Positions 39,785 to 49,606 of a stretch of 64,000 nucleotides of DNA are shown here, in pieces. The notes below the pieces were generated by a model. That model ran no database searches. It was not told the DNA's origin and saw only the letters and a list, made by a program, of their open reading frames with translations. The position numbers and the translations under genes are program-made. This DNA comes from Candidatus Sumerlaeales bacterium. Its GTDB lineage: Bacteria; Sumerlaeota; Sumerlaeia; Sumerlaeales; Sumerlaeaceae. Within the stretch, counting starts at the first letter, position 1. Each line of letters opens with the position of its first letter. The stretch is taken from the NCBI GenBank assembly GCA_038243585.1, contig JBBSQY010000010.1, positions 1-64,000 of the forward strand. The letters run 5' to 3'.

Positions 39785-41608
39785 CTAATTGGCGCTATAC
39801 CGATAGTTAAACCGTCCTGCCGGAGCCACGTCCCCGTTCAGAAAAAAGTCCATAATCGTGTTTTCGTTCTGCATGTTATCCGACCACTTGAATTCAAAAT
39901 TTATAGCGGTGCCGATCCCCAGCGCGCTCTGGGGAATTTCTAGTTCCATTTTGTTATCTTTCACGGAGAAAGCGACGCCGGTAACTTTCTCCCAACTCCA
40001 GCCTTCTTTAGACTTTTCTAAAATGGCGTCTTTATCCGGCGATTGGCGGTTCACTACATAATCATAGCCTTCCCAGCCGGTCTTTTTGTTCCTGTCTACG
40101 TCGATGAAAAGACGCATCCACGCTGGATCGCTGACGCACGTAATTGGACCGCTCGTTTCGATTAAAAAATACAGATTCTTAGCATCACGAGCCACCTTAG
40201 CTCGGGTAAAATCGTTACGCCCTGTATCGTTAGAATAGTATTTGCCCTGCCAGCCGGGGCTATCCCGGTGAAGCGTGCTTCCTATGTGAGCCTTGAACTC
40301 CGGCTCGACTGCGTCCCATTCTTCGAATATACCGTCTATTGCAATAGTGACCGGCTCAGATGCGGAGGCCGCGGGAGGCATCCCCTTGAAGCGCCGGATG
40401 TTACTGATCATCTGGTAATAATAATTATCGCCATGGCCGCCCTTCATTGGCTCGATGTCGCGACTATGCTCCTGACTGAACTGATCGGGAAATGCATTTT
40501 CCTGCCCATTCCACTCTTTGAACCGATTGGCTACCCACTCGTTCCATCCGGTGATAAAAATAAAATCCGGATTAATGTTCAGCGCACGGTCCCATTGCTC
40601 CTGAAAATTAAGGCCCAAGTTAACTGCATAAGGATCACCGGCATGGCCTCGGACATGGGTATAGCTCCTGCCAAAAGTAAGCGGAGCATTCATGGCAGTA
40701 AGACCACGTTCTTCCGACCAGTTTTGTCCAACACCCACGGGAACTTGCTCAAATCCACCGTCAGATTTCTGAAAAAACCCATGCTGGGGAAAGACCTGCA
40801 ACCAGCCCCAATGATCGGCCCGCTGCGGCCCGGTATCATAAAGCGGCTGACCGGGCCGGAATGTAAAGAATTCCCGGATTTCCCTGTGGACGGCAGAAGC
40901 AGCCTCATCACCGGGCACATCTACCAAGGTGTCGGGATAAGCCATTATGAGCGGTTTCCCCTGCCACTGAAACCAGAGGTCCCGGTAAAGGCCAGGCTTG
41001 TAAAGATCCTTATACAGCTCCACCATCGCCATCCGGCTACCATCCGTGCCACCAAAGGCGAGAAGAAAGGCTACTTGCGGTGTTTTGATTCCAGCCGTCC
41101 GTGCCTCCGTCCAGGCTTCGCACAGGGCCATGTAGGATTCTTTCCAAGTGAGGTGGCCATTTGTGCAGTCGAAAAAAACAACGTCCACGCCAGCATCTGC
41201 CAGCATTTCAGCGTGCTTACGCAACACCCAGCGGTCGCTGTTTCTGTAATAGCCAAAAAGCGGTTCATCCCAGAAAAAATAGCTATTGTTGAGCGGGCTG
41301 GGCTTCGGCCAGGCATAGTGGTAATAGTTGTCCGCTGCTTCTGGATTCTGTGTGAGTACTTCACGGATGTTGTGCGGCGGATTATTATGGAAGTTCATAT
41401 GCCACGTCCAGTAAAATAACCCTACATACTTATCAGGTCTTACGTCGCCAACCTCCGCGTGAGTCGGCAGCTTTCTGCCAAGACCATCAGTGGCTGGCAA
41501 GGTAGCAGAATAATTAATCAGTTCCGGCCGGGCAGAAATCTGCGATATATTCGCAATACAACACACAATTAGAAGCCGGAAACAGACTGGTATAAAAGTA
41601 TTTTTCAT
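39785..41608 (-). CDS. secreted putative glycoside hydrolase (GH99/GH71-like TIM barrel plus C-terminal beta domain)
   Basis: Signal peptide; ATDGLGR, VGLFYWTWH, WDEPLFGYY, HAEMLADAGVD..FFDCTN, FITGWNEW and SRDIEPM motifs. Confidence 0.72.
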   Translation of the reverse strand: MKNTFIPVCFRLLIVCCIANISQISARPELINYSATLPATDGLGRKLPTHAEVGDVRPDKYVGLFYWTWHMNFHNNPPHNIREVLTQNPEAADNYYHYAWPKPSPLNNSYFFWDEPLFGYYRNSDRWVLRKHAEMLADAGVDVVFFDCTNGHLTWKESYMALCEAWTEARTAGIKTPQVAFLLAFGGTDGSRMAMVELYKDLYKPGLYRDLWFQWQGKPLIMAYPDTLVDVPGDEAASAVHREIREFFTFRPGQPLYDTGPQRADHWGWLQVFPQHGFFQKSDGGFEQVPVGVGQNWSEERGLTAMNAPLTFGRSYTHVRGHAGDPYAVNLGLNFQEQWDRALNINPDFIFITGWNEWVANRFKEWNGQENAFPDQFSQEHSRDIEPMKGGHGDNYYYQMISNIRRFKGMPPAASASEPVTIAIDGIFEEWDAVEPEFKAHIGSTLHRDSPGWQGKYYSNDTGRNDFTRAKVARDAKNLYFLIETSGPITCVSDPAWMRLFIDVDRNKKTGWEGYDYVVNRQSPDKDAILEKSKEGWSWEKVTGVAFSVKDNKMELEIPQSALGIGTAINFEFKWSDNMQNENTIMDFFLNGDVAPAGRFNYRYSAN

Positions 41609-41967
41609 AGAGTTAATGGGACTTCCGGAAAATTTATCGGTTAATAGTTTAACCAGCCATGGAGCTAACGAAACACCCAGCCGTATATGCGCGCATGGCC
41701 CGTTGTTCAACGAGCACACTTAACTGCTACTCATGAATATGATAGTTTATCTGCGATGGTGTGGCAGAACACCCTTTTAGATTTTCACAGGAACATAATT
41801 GACAAATATCGGACAAACTCCTTGCAAATCCGTTTTTAAACTCGCTCCGCTATGTTCTGTGTGAGGCATATTCGTCCTCCAAGATTAAGGCAGTTTACAA
41901 CGCTTACGAACACTTGTGATTTCACCAATTTTTAGACGCAGCTATTGCGCTTTAAGGGGTCGTGTAA

Positions 41968-43305
41968 ATGAGTCATGATAACCAAAGTGGTAAATTTTCT
42001 CGCCGAACTTTTCTAATGGGCGCCTTGGCTTCGGCTACAATGCCTGCCATTTTTTCCACGAGATATGCCCGAGCGAACGCCGGCCCAAATGATACGATCC
42101 TGCTTGGATTCATCGGCGTCGGACGACAAGGCCGCCACGATATGAAGGAATGCATTCATCAGGGTATGGACGCCAATGTGCGTGTCGTGGCCGTGTGTGA
42201 TATTGATTCCAAGCGAGTAACGTTGGCAAAGGAACTGGCAGAAAAAATATATAAGGAAGCCGGCGACAAAGTTACCGGTTATCCCGGCTGCACCGGATAC
42301 AGCGACTTTAGAGAACTGATCAAACGGGAAGATCTGGACGGGGTCGTGATTGTGACTCCGGATCACTGGCATGCAATACCAGCCCATGCGGCATTAAAAG
42401 CCGGCAAAGACGTTTACCTTGAAAAACCAATGACCTACACTATTCCGGAAGGTCAGGCGCTGGTTAAAGCGGTTCGGGATAACAAGCGCATTCTGCAGGT
42501 GGGATCGCAACAGCGATCGTCTATCTATTTCCGAAAGGCGTGTGAACTGGTGCGCAACGGCCATGTTGGCCCTTTGCATACCATACGTGTCGCGCTGCCA
42601 GCGGACCACGGCACAGGGAACGCGGAAGAGGTGCCTGTTCCCACAAATTTAAATTATAATATGTGGATGGGGCCAACGGAAAAAGTTCCTTACGCGGTGG
42701 ACAGAGCGCACCCGCAGGATGGCTTTGGGAGACCGGGCTGGTTACAGAATGAGCGCTACTGCAAGGGTATGATTACCGGTTGGGGGGCTCACATGAATGA
42801 TATTGCCCAGTGGGGCAATGGAACGGACGATTCTGGCCTGGTAGAGATTGAAGCGACTGCCGAGTTTCCAAAGCGCGGACTCTTCGACGTACATACGAAA
42901 TTTAAGGCGGAAGGCAAGTTTTCAAACGGAGTCAAACTCTTCCAGGAGACCGGCGAGGCGGGCGTCCGGTTTGAAGGCGATGACGGCTGGGTATTCGTAT
43001 CGCGAGAAAAATTACAAGCGTCGGATCCGGCATTACTAAAGATAAAAACCGCTCCAGATGGTGTGCTGCTTTATGAGAGCAGCAATCACATGAAGAACTT
43101 TTTCGATTGTATGCGCAGCCGGAAAGATCCTGTTGCGCCTGTAGAGGTGGGCCATCGGTCCAACTCTATTTGCCTTATCACCCATATCGCAATGAAGGCC
43201 GGGCGAAAACTTACCTGGGATCCCAAAACTCAAAAGTTTACGAACGACGAGCAGGCGAACGCCATGCTTGATTACCCTCACCGCGAGCCATGGGCAACAT
43301 TATGA
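41968..43305 (+). CDS. Gfo/Idh/MocA oxidoreductase with Tat signal
   Basis: SRRTFL twin-arginine motif; GFIGVGRQG, TPDHWH, YLEKP, QVGSQQRS and WGAHMND motifs. Confidence 0.92.
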   Translation: MSHDNQSGKFSRRTFLMGALASATMPAIFSTRYARANAGPNDTILLGFIGVGRQGRHDMKECIHQGMDANVRVVAVCDIDSKRVTLAKELAEKIYKEAGDKVTGYPGCTGYSDFRELIKREDLDGVVIVTPDHWHAIPAHAALKAGKDVYLEKPMTYTIPEGQALVKAVRDNKRILQVGSQQRSSIYFRKACELVRNGHVGPLHTIRVALPADHGTGNAEEVPVPTNLNYNMWMGPTEKVPYAVDRAHPQDGFGRPGWLQNERYCKGMITGWGAHMNDIAQWGNGTDDSGLVEIEATAEFPKRGLFDVHTKFKAEGKFSNGVKLFQETGEAGVRFEGDDGWVFVSREKLQASDPALLKIKTAPDGVLLYESSNHMKNFFDCMRSRKDPVAPVEVGHRSNSICLITHIAMKAGRKLTWDPKTQKFTNDEQANAMLDYPHREPWATL

Positions 43306-44288
43306 GGCATTTACTGGCTACTGCCTGCTGTCTGATGTTATCGGCTTCTGTCGGAGCAGAGACAGCAGGCACTTCCAGTACCTTTACTCTGAAAGCCGAT
43401 GATGCAACAGGCCAGCTAAACGCCGCTTTGGATGATTCCAGTATCTTTCTCTATAACTACGGTGAAGAGTGGAATCTGCCGCACTTCTATCCTTTTAATA
43501 CTCCCTCTGGAAAAAACTTACTCGTCCAGATTACCGAACCGTATCCCCACCACCGGGCATTCTGGGTATCGGATACAGTTATGCGGGACGGGGTTAAGGG
43601 AGACATTTATAACGGGTATTACAGCGGAGTTAAAACCGGAAAAAAGACGTTCGGTCCGCCGTTTAACACCGCGGTCCGGCACATGAGCTTCGACCTGACA
43701 ACAAGTACACCTGGCATGGCTGCAATTAAAGAGCATCTTGTGTGGGAGACCCAGCGGACGACCTCCACTTATCCCCTGCTCGATGAGCACAGGGATATTA
43801 AGCTTGTTGCTCTTGCGGGTGGAGATTACCTTGTGGATTTTTCTTTCCGGCTGGAGGCGAAATATGGAGACGTCAAGTTTATCAGCGATCCCGTGCATTA
43901 CTCCTGGCCGTACCTTCGGTTGAACTCAACCTTTAGTGGCACGGACGGCGGTGTGATTACGACTGACAGCGGGGCAACCGGCCAGGAGGCAACAAACCTG
44001 AAGCCGGCCCTTTGGATTGATTATTCGAACACGGTAGACGGCGAGACAGAAGGCGTTGCGATGTTTCAATGGCCTTACAAAGTCGACGAACCCCGCAAAT
44101 GGTTGACCCGAGACTACGGGACATTTGGCCCCCGTCGCCCGGATAGCCAAAGTGGCAAGCCTTTCACCCTGAAACACGGTGACTCCCTTGCGCAACGGGT
44201 TGGTGTATTTGTACACCGTGGTGACGTTAAAACCGGAAATATTGGCGAGGTCTACCAGCAGTTTGTCGACGAGAAGCTCAGCCGATGA
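43302..44288 (+). CDS. secreted DUF6807 / PmoA-like family protein
   Basis: Signal peptide; PHFYPFNTPSG, PYPHHRAFW, WIDYS and WLTRDYG motifs; ATGA overlap. Confidence 0.75.
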   Translation: MRHLLATACCLMLSASVGAETAGTSSTFTLKADDATGQLNAALDDSSIFLYNYGEEWNLPHFYPFNTPSGKNLLVQITEPYPHHRAFWVSDTVMRDGVKGDIYNGYYSGVKTGKKTFGPPFNTAVRHMSFDLTTSTPGMAAIKEHLVWETQRTTSTYPLLDEHRDIKLVALAGGDYLVDFSFRLEAKYGDVKFISDPVHYSWPYLRLNSTFSGTDGGVITTDSGATGQEATNLKPALWIDYSNTVDGETEGVAMFQWPYKVDEPRKWLTRDYGTFGPRRPDSQSGKPFTLKHGDSLAQRVGVFVHRGDVKTGNIGEVYQQFVDEKLSR

Positions 44289-45511
44289 ACCGTAGACAAT
44301 TTCTTCAAACTGCTTCAGCTATCGCGTTGGCTGCCGGCCTGCCACGCTCTGCCGGCGCGGCTGAGGCTTCCGGCGTTAAAATCAGCCGCGTAGACCTGTT
44401 TCCAGTAAGGTATCCGATGGTTGGATATTTTAAATTCTTCAGCGGCGCCAAGGGGGCAGGTGGGCGTGCGGCCGTAATTATAAAGATAACTGCAGACGAC
44501 GGCAAAGTCGGCTGGGGCCAGTCAGTTCCAATACCACGCTGGAGTTATGAGACTCTTGAAACCGCAACTATCGTCTTACGGGATTACTTTGTGCCGGAGC
44601 TGATAGGGCGGGACCCAGCGGATATTGAAGGCGCGCTTTCGGCCCTGGACAAGGTCGTTGCTCCAAGCTTCACCACCGGAATGCCGATCACCCGCGCAGG
44701 AGTTGATATTGCGCTTCACGACCTGCTGGGCAAAATACACGGGAAAAATGTGAGCGAGTTGTGGGGGAAGGCCGCCGGGAGTTCCCTGACTCTTAGCTGG
44801 ACCGTCAACGTCACAAAAATTGAAGATGTTGATAAGGTAATGGGCGAAGGTCGCAGCCGTGGCTATCAGCATTTCAACATCAAGGTTGCTCCAGACCCCG
44901 CTTTTGATATTGAATTGGCAAAAGCTGTCCGCCGGCTGGCTCCGGACGCTTTTCTATGGGCGGACGCCAACTGCGGCTATGAGCCGGAAGCTGCCTTGGA
45001 ACTTGCGCCCAAACTGGCGGATGCTGGTGTCGATATCTTCGAGGCTCCAATCCGCCCCAACCGTATTTCCGGCTACCAGGCTCTCAGGAAGCAGGGCGCG
45101 CTGCCGATTCTGATGGATGAAGGCGTTGTCTCGCCCGTGGAACTTGAGGAATTTATCAAGCTTGGTATGCTTGATGGAATGGCCATGAAGCCAGCTCGTT
45201 GTGGCGGTCTGCTTTCCAACAAACGCCAGATTGAATTGTGCGAGCACCACAACCTGATGTGGGTTGGCAGTGGCCTTACAGATCCGGATATTTCCTTTGC
45301 GGCGTTGCTGGCCTTGTACGGTGCCTATGGATTGAAAAAGCCGGCAGCGCTGAACGGTCCGCAGTTCCTCACTGCTGACGTGTTGAAGAAACCGATCAAA
45401 GTGGAAAACGGCGTTGTTCATATTCCTCAAGGGCCGGGGCTGGGAATTGAAGTGGATGAGGACAAGGTCATTGATCTGATGAAAAGCAGTGGCGGGGATA
45501 AGCTTTTATGA
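44285..45511 (+). CDS. enolase superfamily (muconate lactonizing enzyme-like) protein with Tat signal
   Basis: MNRRQFL; DIALHDL.GK; metal ligands DAN, EAP and DEG; MKPARCGG; PQGPGLGIEVD. Confidence 0.88.
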   Translation: MNRRQFLQTASAIALAAGLPRSAGAAEASGVKISRVDLFPVRYPMVGYFKFFSGAKGAGGRAAVIIKITADDGKVGWGQSVPIPRWSYETLETATIVLRDYFVPELIGRDPADIEGALSALDKVVAPSFTTGMPITRAGVDIALHDLLGKIHGKNVSELWGKAAGSSLTLSWTVNVTKIEDVDKVMGEGRSRGYQHFNIKVAPDPAFDIELAKAVRRLAPDAFLWADANCGYEPEAALELAPKLADAGVDIFEAPIRPNRISGYQALRKQGALPILMDEGVVSPVELEEFIKLGMLDGMAMKPARCGGLLSNKRQIELCEHHNLMWVGSGLTDPDISFAALLALYGAYGLKKPAALNGPQFLTADVLKKPIKVENGVVHIPQGPGLGIEVDEDKVIDLMKSSGGDKLL

Positions 45512-46431
45512 TTTTCAAAGTTTTGCTTTCATTCGGGGTGCTTCTTTTGGCATGTCCGTTAAATGCGATAGAGTTTGTAGAAGACCCGGCAACAACCGGT
45601 GTCGTGACTGTGCGTGATGGAATGACCAACGTGCTCAGTTATAACTTTGGTGATCAGCTAATGGCGGGCGTTGATCCAAAATACACCCGTTCTTCCTACA
45701 TCCATCCCCTCTACTCCCTGGATGGCGAGCCACTTACGGACGACTTTCCTGCCGACCACCACCACCACCACGGAATTTTCTGGGCCTGGCCCGTAGTTAA
45801 GGCGCGGGGAGAAAAAACGCAAAACTGGCATCCGCACGTCCCGTCACTACGCCACCACATGGTTCGTTGGACCAAAGAGACTTCGGGTACTGCTACTGCT
45901 ATACTTGCTATTGAAAACCGCTGGCTGCTCAACGAGAAGGAAGAAGTGGCGCAGGAAAAGGTTACCCTGCTGATACATCCTAAAGAAAACGACAGCCGCG
46001 CCATTGACGTGGTGATCAAGCTCGAGGCAGTGGGTGGTCCTTTGACCCTGGAAGGCACGTCTGAGGGGAACAAAGGCTACGGCGGCTTTTGCTTTCGGGG
46101 CGCACCGGATTTTAAAGGTGCGAAAATATTGACCGACACTGGAACCCAGGAAAAGGACGTTGTGGACGAGTCTCAGAAATGGGTGGATCTTTCAACCGAC
46201 AAACACGGCATGGCAATTTTTTCTTCTCCCGACCACCCGGACTATCCACCTAAATGGATGGCCCGCAACAGCTACGCCGGCTTTATGAACGTTTCCTGGC
46301 CCGGCCTGTCCACCAGAGTCCTGGAGCCCGGCAAGCCGGTCACACTTCGTTACCGGCTATATGTCCACTCAGGGCCGGCCGAGCCTGCCGCACTTCAGCA
46401 GGCTTACGAAAACTATGCTGCAATGCAGTAA
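45508..46431 (+). CDS. secreted DUF6807 / PmoA-like family protein (second paralog)
   Basis: Signal peptide; YIHPLYSLDG..LTDDFPADHHHHHGIFWAW, KGYGGFCFR, WVDLS and LRYRLYVH motifs. Confidence 0.78.
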   Translation: MIFKVLLSFGVLLLACPLNAIEFVEDPATTGVVTVRDGMTNVLSYNFGDQLMAGVDPKYTRSSYIHPLYSLDGEPLTDDFPADHHHHHGIFWAWPVVKARGEKTQNWHPHVPSLRHHMVRWTKETSGTATAILAIENRWLLNEKEEVAQEKVTLLIHPKENDSRAIDVVIKLEAVGGPLTLEGTSEGNKGYGGFCFRGAPDFKGAKILTDTGTQEKDVVDESQKWVDLSTDKHGMAIFSSPDHPDYPPKWMARNSYAGFMNVSWPGLSTRVLEPGKPVTLRYRLYVHSGPAEPAALQQAYENYAAMQ

Positions 46432-46496
46432 CTGCCCAACCCGGCAATAAAAACGAAAAGTAGGCGTCCGCACGTCATACGCCCTCAGAATCCAGT

Positions 46497-47990
46497 CTAA
46501 GAAGCCGCAACCTTAAGCTTCTCTTTCTGCTCTTTTTTGACAGTCTTTACCTGCTCAGCCTCGGGACGATTTTTGTAATAGTCGTCCAGCGGGAAGCAGC
46601 CGGAAATAATCCCATTACGCGGCGCCGTGGTGCAGTCGGAGAAAGTGCGGCAGATCAGCCTTGTCTGAAGCTCGCCCTTTTCCAGCGAATCTGCAACGAT
46701 CCGGGGGTAAGAAAGTACCATCCGACCAATACCGACCATATCCGTCCAGCCTTCCCGCACCAGCGCCTGCGCAGTCTGGGGAAGGAATTCCTGCAGATAC
46801 GTTAGACCGGTACTGACGACCGGCAGATCAGGAACTGCAGCTTTCAGTTTTTGAACAACCTGAATTTGCCGATCAACATTGATCAGCGGATCTTCCGCCG
46901 GCTGGTATCCATCAGACGGCGGATAAATGGCCGGCCTCTGGATATGTGGCACATAATAAGGTGATCCGCAGGTGACATTCAGAACCGCAACTCCCCAGGA
47001 CTTCAACATTTTCATGTATTCGATTGGTTCTGAAAGATCATACTCGACAGGGTTATCCTTATTAACGCCAAAGCCAAATCGATACGGCAAGGCGTCAGAG
47101 TAATCTTCTGGAATACCCGGTCCGAGGTTCCCGCCTACTGCGCGAGTGGAGTCCGGTTTAAAGGGAACAAAATCAAAAGCGGAAAGCCGGACGCCTATTA
47201 TCAACCGCGGCGCTACCTGACGGATGCCCTCAATGATTTCACGGGCAACCGTACTACGTTCCTCCAGCGTCTCCCCCCCGTACCGGCCGGGGCGGGTATA
47301 AGCGGAAAGGAATTCGTGGAGCAGATATCCGTGACATTGTTTCACGTCCACAAACGGCACGCCCGCCCGATCCGCGATTTCCGCTGCGAGAACATAATCC
47401 TCAATTAGCGCCTTCACATGGTCATCCGTCATAATAGGATGATCCGCCGACAGGCCAAACTTGCGGTTGAGAATCGGATGCGAATAAGCTATCTGCGGTT
47501 CCAGCTTTTTTTTATCATTTGGTCGGCAGAACCTTCCGGAATGGGTCAGCTGAAACCCCCACAGCAGGTCATCAGCCGTACCGAAATCTTCCCTGTGGGC
47601 CTCCAGAGCGCCTTCGGCTGCTTCCATGATAGGACCAATTGTGTTGTCGTTAATAATCAGCTGATTAGGGTTGGCGCGTCCGTCGGGGCGAACAGCTACA
47701 GCCTCCATACCCCAAAGCAACTTAGCGCCTGAACGCCCAAATCTGTCCCAGCGGCGACGCAATGTATCCGTCGGATGCCCGTCGGTTGTCGCATCCCATC
47801 CCTCCATGGGATGGATGCAATACCGGTTACCAACTTTAAAGCCGCCGATATTTATCGGGTTCGCAAGCGGCGACGAATCTCCCGTTGAAATAGCATCATC
47901 TATTGGAAATTGAATCCCCAATTCCGTCATACGTTCGCGCAATGCTTCAGCGGATTTAATACCTGTAAGTCGTTTTATATCGAGAGTCAT
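46497..47990 (-). CDS. NADH:flavin oxidoreductase (old yellow enzyme family)
   Basis: NRYCIHPMEGWD, QLTHSGR, DVKQCHGYLLHEFL and GIGRMVLSYP motifs; C-terminal CRTFSDC..C. Confidence 0.88.
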   Translation of the reverse strand: MTLDIKRLTGIKSAEALRERMTELGIQFPIDDAISTGDSSPLANPINIGGFKVGNRYCIHPMEGWDATTDGHPTDTLRRRWDRFGRSGAKLLWGMEAVAVRPDGRANPNQLIINDNTIGPIMEAAEGALEAHREDFGTADDLLWGFQLTHSGRFCRPNDKKKLEPQIAYSHPILNRKFGLSADHPIMTDDHVKALIEDYVLAAEIADRAGVPFVDVKQCHGYLLHEFLSAYTRPGRYGGETLEERSTVAREIIEGIRQVAPRLIIGVRLSAFDFVPFKPDSTRAVGGNLGPGIPEDYSDALPYRFGFGVNKDNPVEYDLSEPIEYMKMLKSWGVAVLNVTCGSPYYVPHIQRPAIYPPSDGYQPAEDPLINVDRQIQVVQKLKAAVPDLPVVSTGLTYLQEFLPQTAQALVREGWTDMVGIGRMVLSYPRIVADSLEKGELQTRLICRTFSDCTTAPRNGIISGCFPLDDYYKNRPEAEQVKTVKKEQKEKLKVAAS

Positions 47991-48108
47991 TATGTTAAGA
48001 AGCCTTGACACGCGATTTCAAAAAATCCAATAAAAAACGTATCTGTTCAACAGGAGATCATCTATCCAGCCAAGCACTGATAAGCTAAAGCATACGACCC
48101 AATCGACC

Positions 48109-49518
48109 ATGGTCGGATCGTCCGTCAAAGTGGTGGAAGTCCAATCGTATATGCGTCAAATGCGCAGCCGCATGCCCTTTCGCTTTGGCACGACCGTTAT
48201 GACCGGAATGCCGGTACTTCACCTTCGCGTTTTAATGACAGACGAAATGGGCAGGTCATTTGAAGGCTGGTCAGCCTGCGGCGTCGTCTCCATGTGGTTT
48301 GACAAAGACTACTCGAAACCGGAATCGCAGCGAGAAGCCGACCTCCTCTACAGTGTAGGCAAAGCCATAGACGGTTATCTTCAAGCCGGAAGCGGCTCAG
48401 CCTGGCATTTACATCAAACGGTTGAGCCGGAAGTGCGCCGGCACCTGACAACGCATGGACTTAATGCATTAGCGGCTGGCTACGGCATAGCACTTGTAGA
48501 TTCCGCTATTATTGATGGTGTATGTCGAAACTCGGGCGCGTCCTTTTACCAGGGACTAAAACACGGAATCCTGGGATTTGATCCAGCAATAGCTGACGCA
48601 CTCCCCCGGCAGCCGACGCCCTCCATAGCCCTTCGTCACACGATCGGCCTTGGCGATCCTCTCGTTGCCGGTGATGTTTCAGAATCCCTGACCGACGGCC
48701 TTCCGCAAACTCTTGAGCAGGTTATTGACAGTTATGGCGCTAAGTTTTTTAAGATCAAAATTAATAGCGACATCGAAGCATCCCTGGACCGACTCAGGCG
48801 TATAACCTCTGTCTTAAATAGTCGATCCGTAGAATACAGGGCGACCCTTGATGGCAACGAGGCCTTTCCCGATATGGAAAGTTTCCTGGAATTTGTTTCA
48901 GCTTGTGCGAGCACGTCTGATTTACGACCGCTTTGGGAGCGCGTCCTCTGGATAGAGCAACCAGTAGCCCGACACAGCGCACTGGATGACTCAGTTCTTC
49001 CCTCCCTGAGACAGATTTCGGCGATGAAACCCGTAATTATTGACGAATCTGACGATGATGATTCCGTCTTAGGCCGTGCACTGACTTTAGGCTACCGCGG
49101 CATCTCCGCTAAAAACTGCAAAGGTATTTTCCGCACCCTTCAAAGTTTTCTCACGATTCAGAATGCGCCCGCCGACGCTAATCTTATCCTGTCGAGTGAA
49201 GACCTCACGAATCAGCCAATTCTCCCCAATCATCAGGATCTGTGCGTAGCGGCGGCCCTCGGAATATCCCATTCAGAAAGAAATGGACACCACTTCTTCC
49301 GCGGGTTTGAATTCCTGTCGGCAACCGAGCGCGAGCAGGCGTTACAAGAATATCCATCGCTTTACGAATCCACGGCCACCGGGATTCCGTCTTTGCGCTT
49401 TTTAAACGGTGATATGTCAATGCATGAAATTAACTCGAGTGTAGGATTGGGCGTTGTTTCCCCGCCGAACTGGCAGGCAATGGAACCCATTGCATTACCT
49501 GGCCGCCTGCTGCCGTAG
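48109..49518 (+). CDS. enolase superfamily-like protein (mandelate racemase-like), cytoplasmic
   Basis: RMPFRFG, FFKIKI, TLDGNE, WIEQP, IIDESD and SAKNCKG motifs. Confidence 0.75.
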   Translation: MVGSSVKVVEVQSYMRQMRSRMPFRFGTTVMTGMPVLHLRVLMTDEMGRSFEGWSACGVVSMWFDKDYSKPESQREADLLYSVGKAIDGYLQAGSGSAWHLHQTVEPEVRRHLTTHGLNALAAGYGIALVDSAIIDGVCRNSGASFYQGLKHGILGFDPAIADALPRQPTPSIALRHTIGLGDPLVAGDVSESLTDGLPQTLEQVIDSYGAKFFKIKINSDIEASLDRLRRITSVLNSRSVEYRATLDGNEAFPDMESFLEFVSACASTSDLRPLWERVLWIEQPVARHSALDDSVLPSLRQISAMKPVIIDESDDDDSVLGRALTLGYRGISAKNCKGIFRTLQSFLTIQNAPADANLILSSEDLTNQPILPNHQDLCVAAALGISHSERNGHHFFRGFEFLSATEREQALQEYPSLYESTATGIPSLRFLNGDMSMHEINSSVGLGVVSPPNWQAMEPIALPGRLLP

Positions 49519-49606
49519 GTAGAACTCTTAAAAGAAGGCTGTTTCTAAGGATCGGTTTAAATTATAGCAGCGCAAGCACCAGATTTACAATAAGACAGGC
49601 ATATCC

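Noticed and set aside
40268..41419. 383-aa plus-strand ORF
   Set aside because: Antisense shadow of the GH-like gene; no recognisable motifs
41799..41830. CAAA recurring at 11-bp spacing upstream of the Gfo operon (possible operator)
   Set aside because: Short and degenerate, could be chance, and no regulator gene is nearby
43302..46431. Methane monooxygenase reading of the PmoA-like label
   Set aside because: These are soluble secreted proteins with no pmoB/pmoC and a carbohydrate context; the family name is misleading
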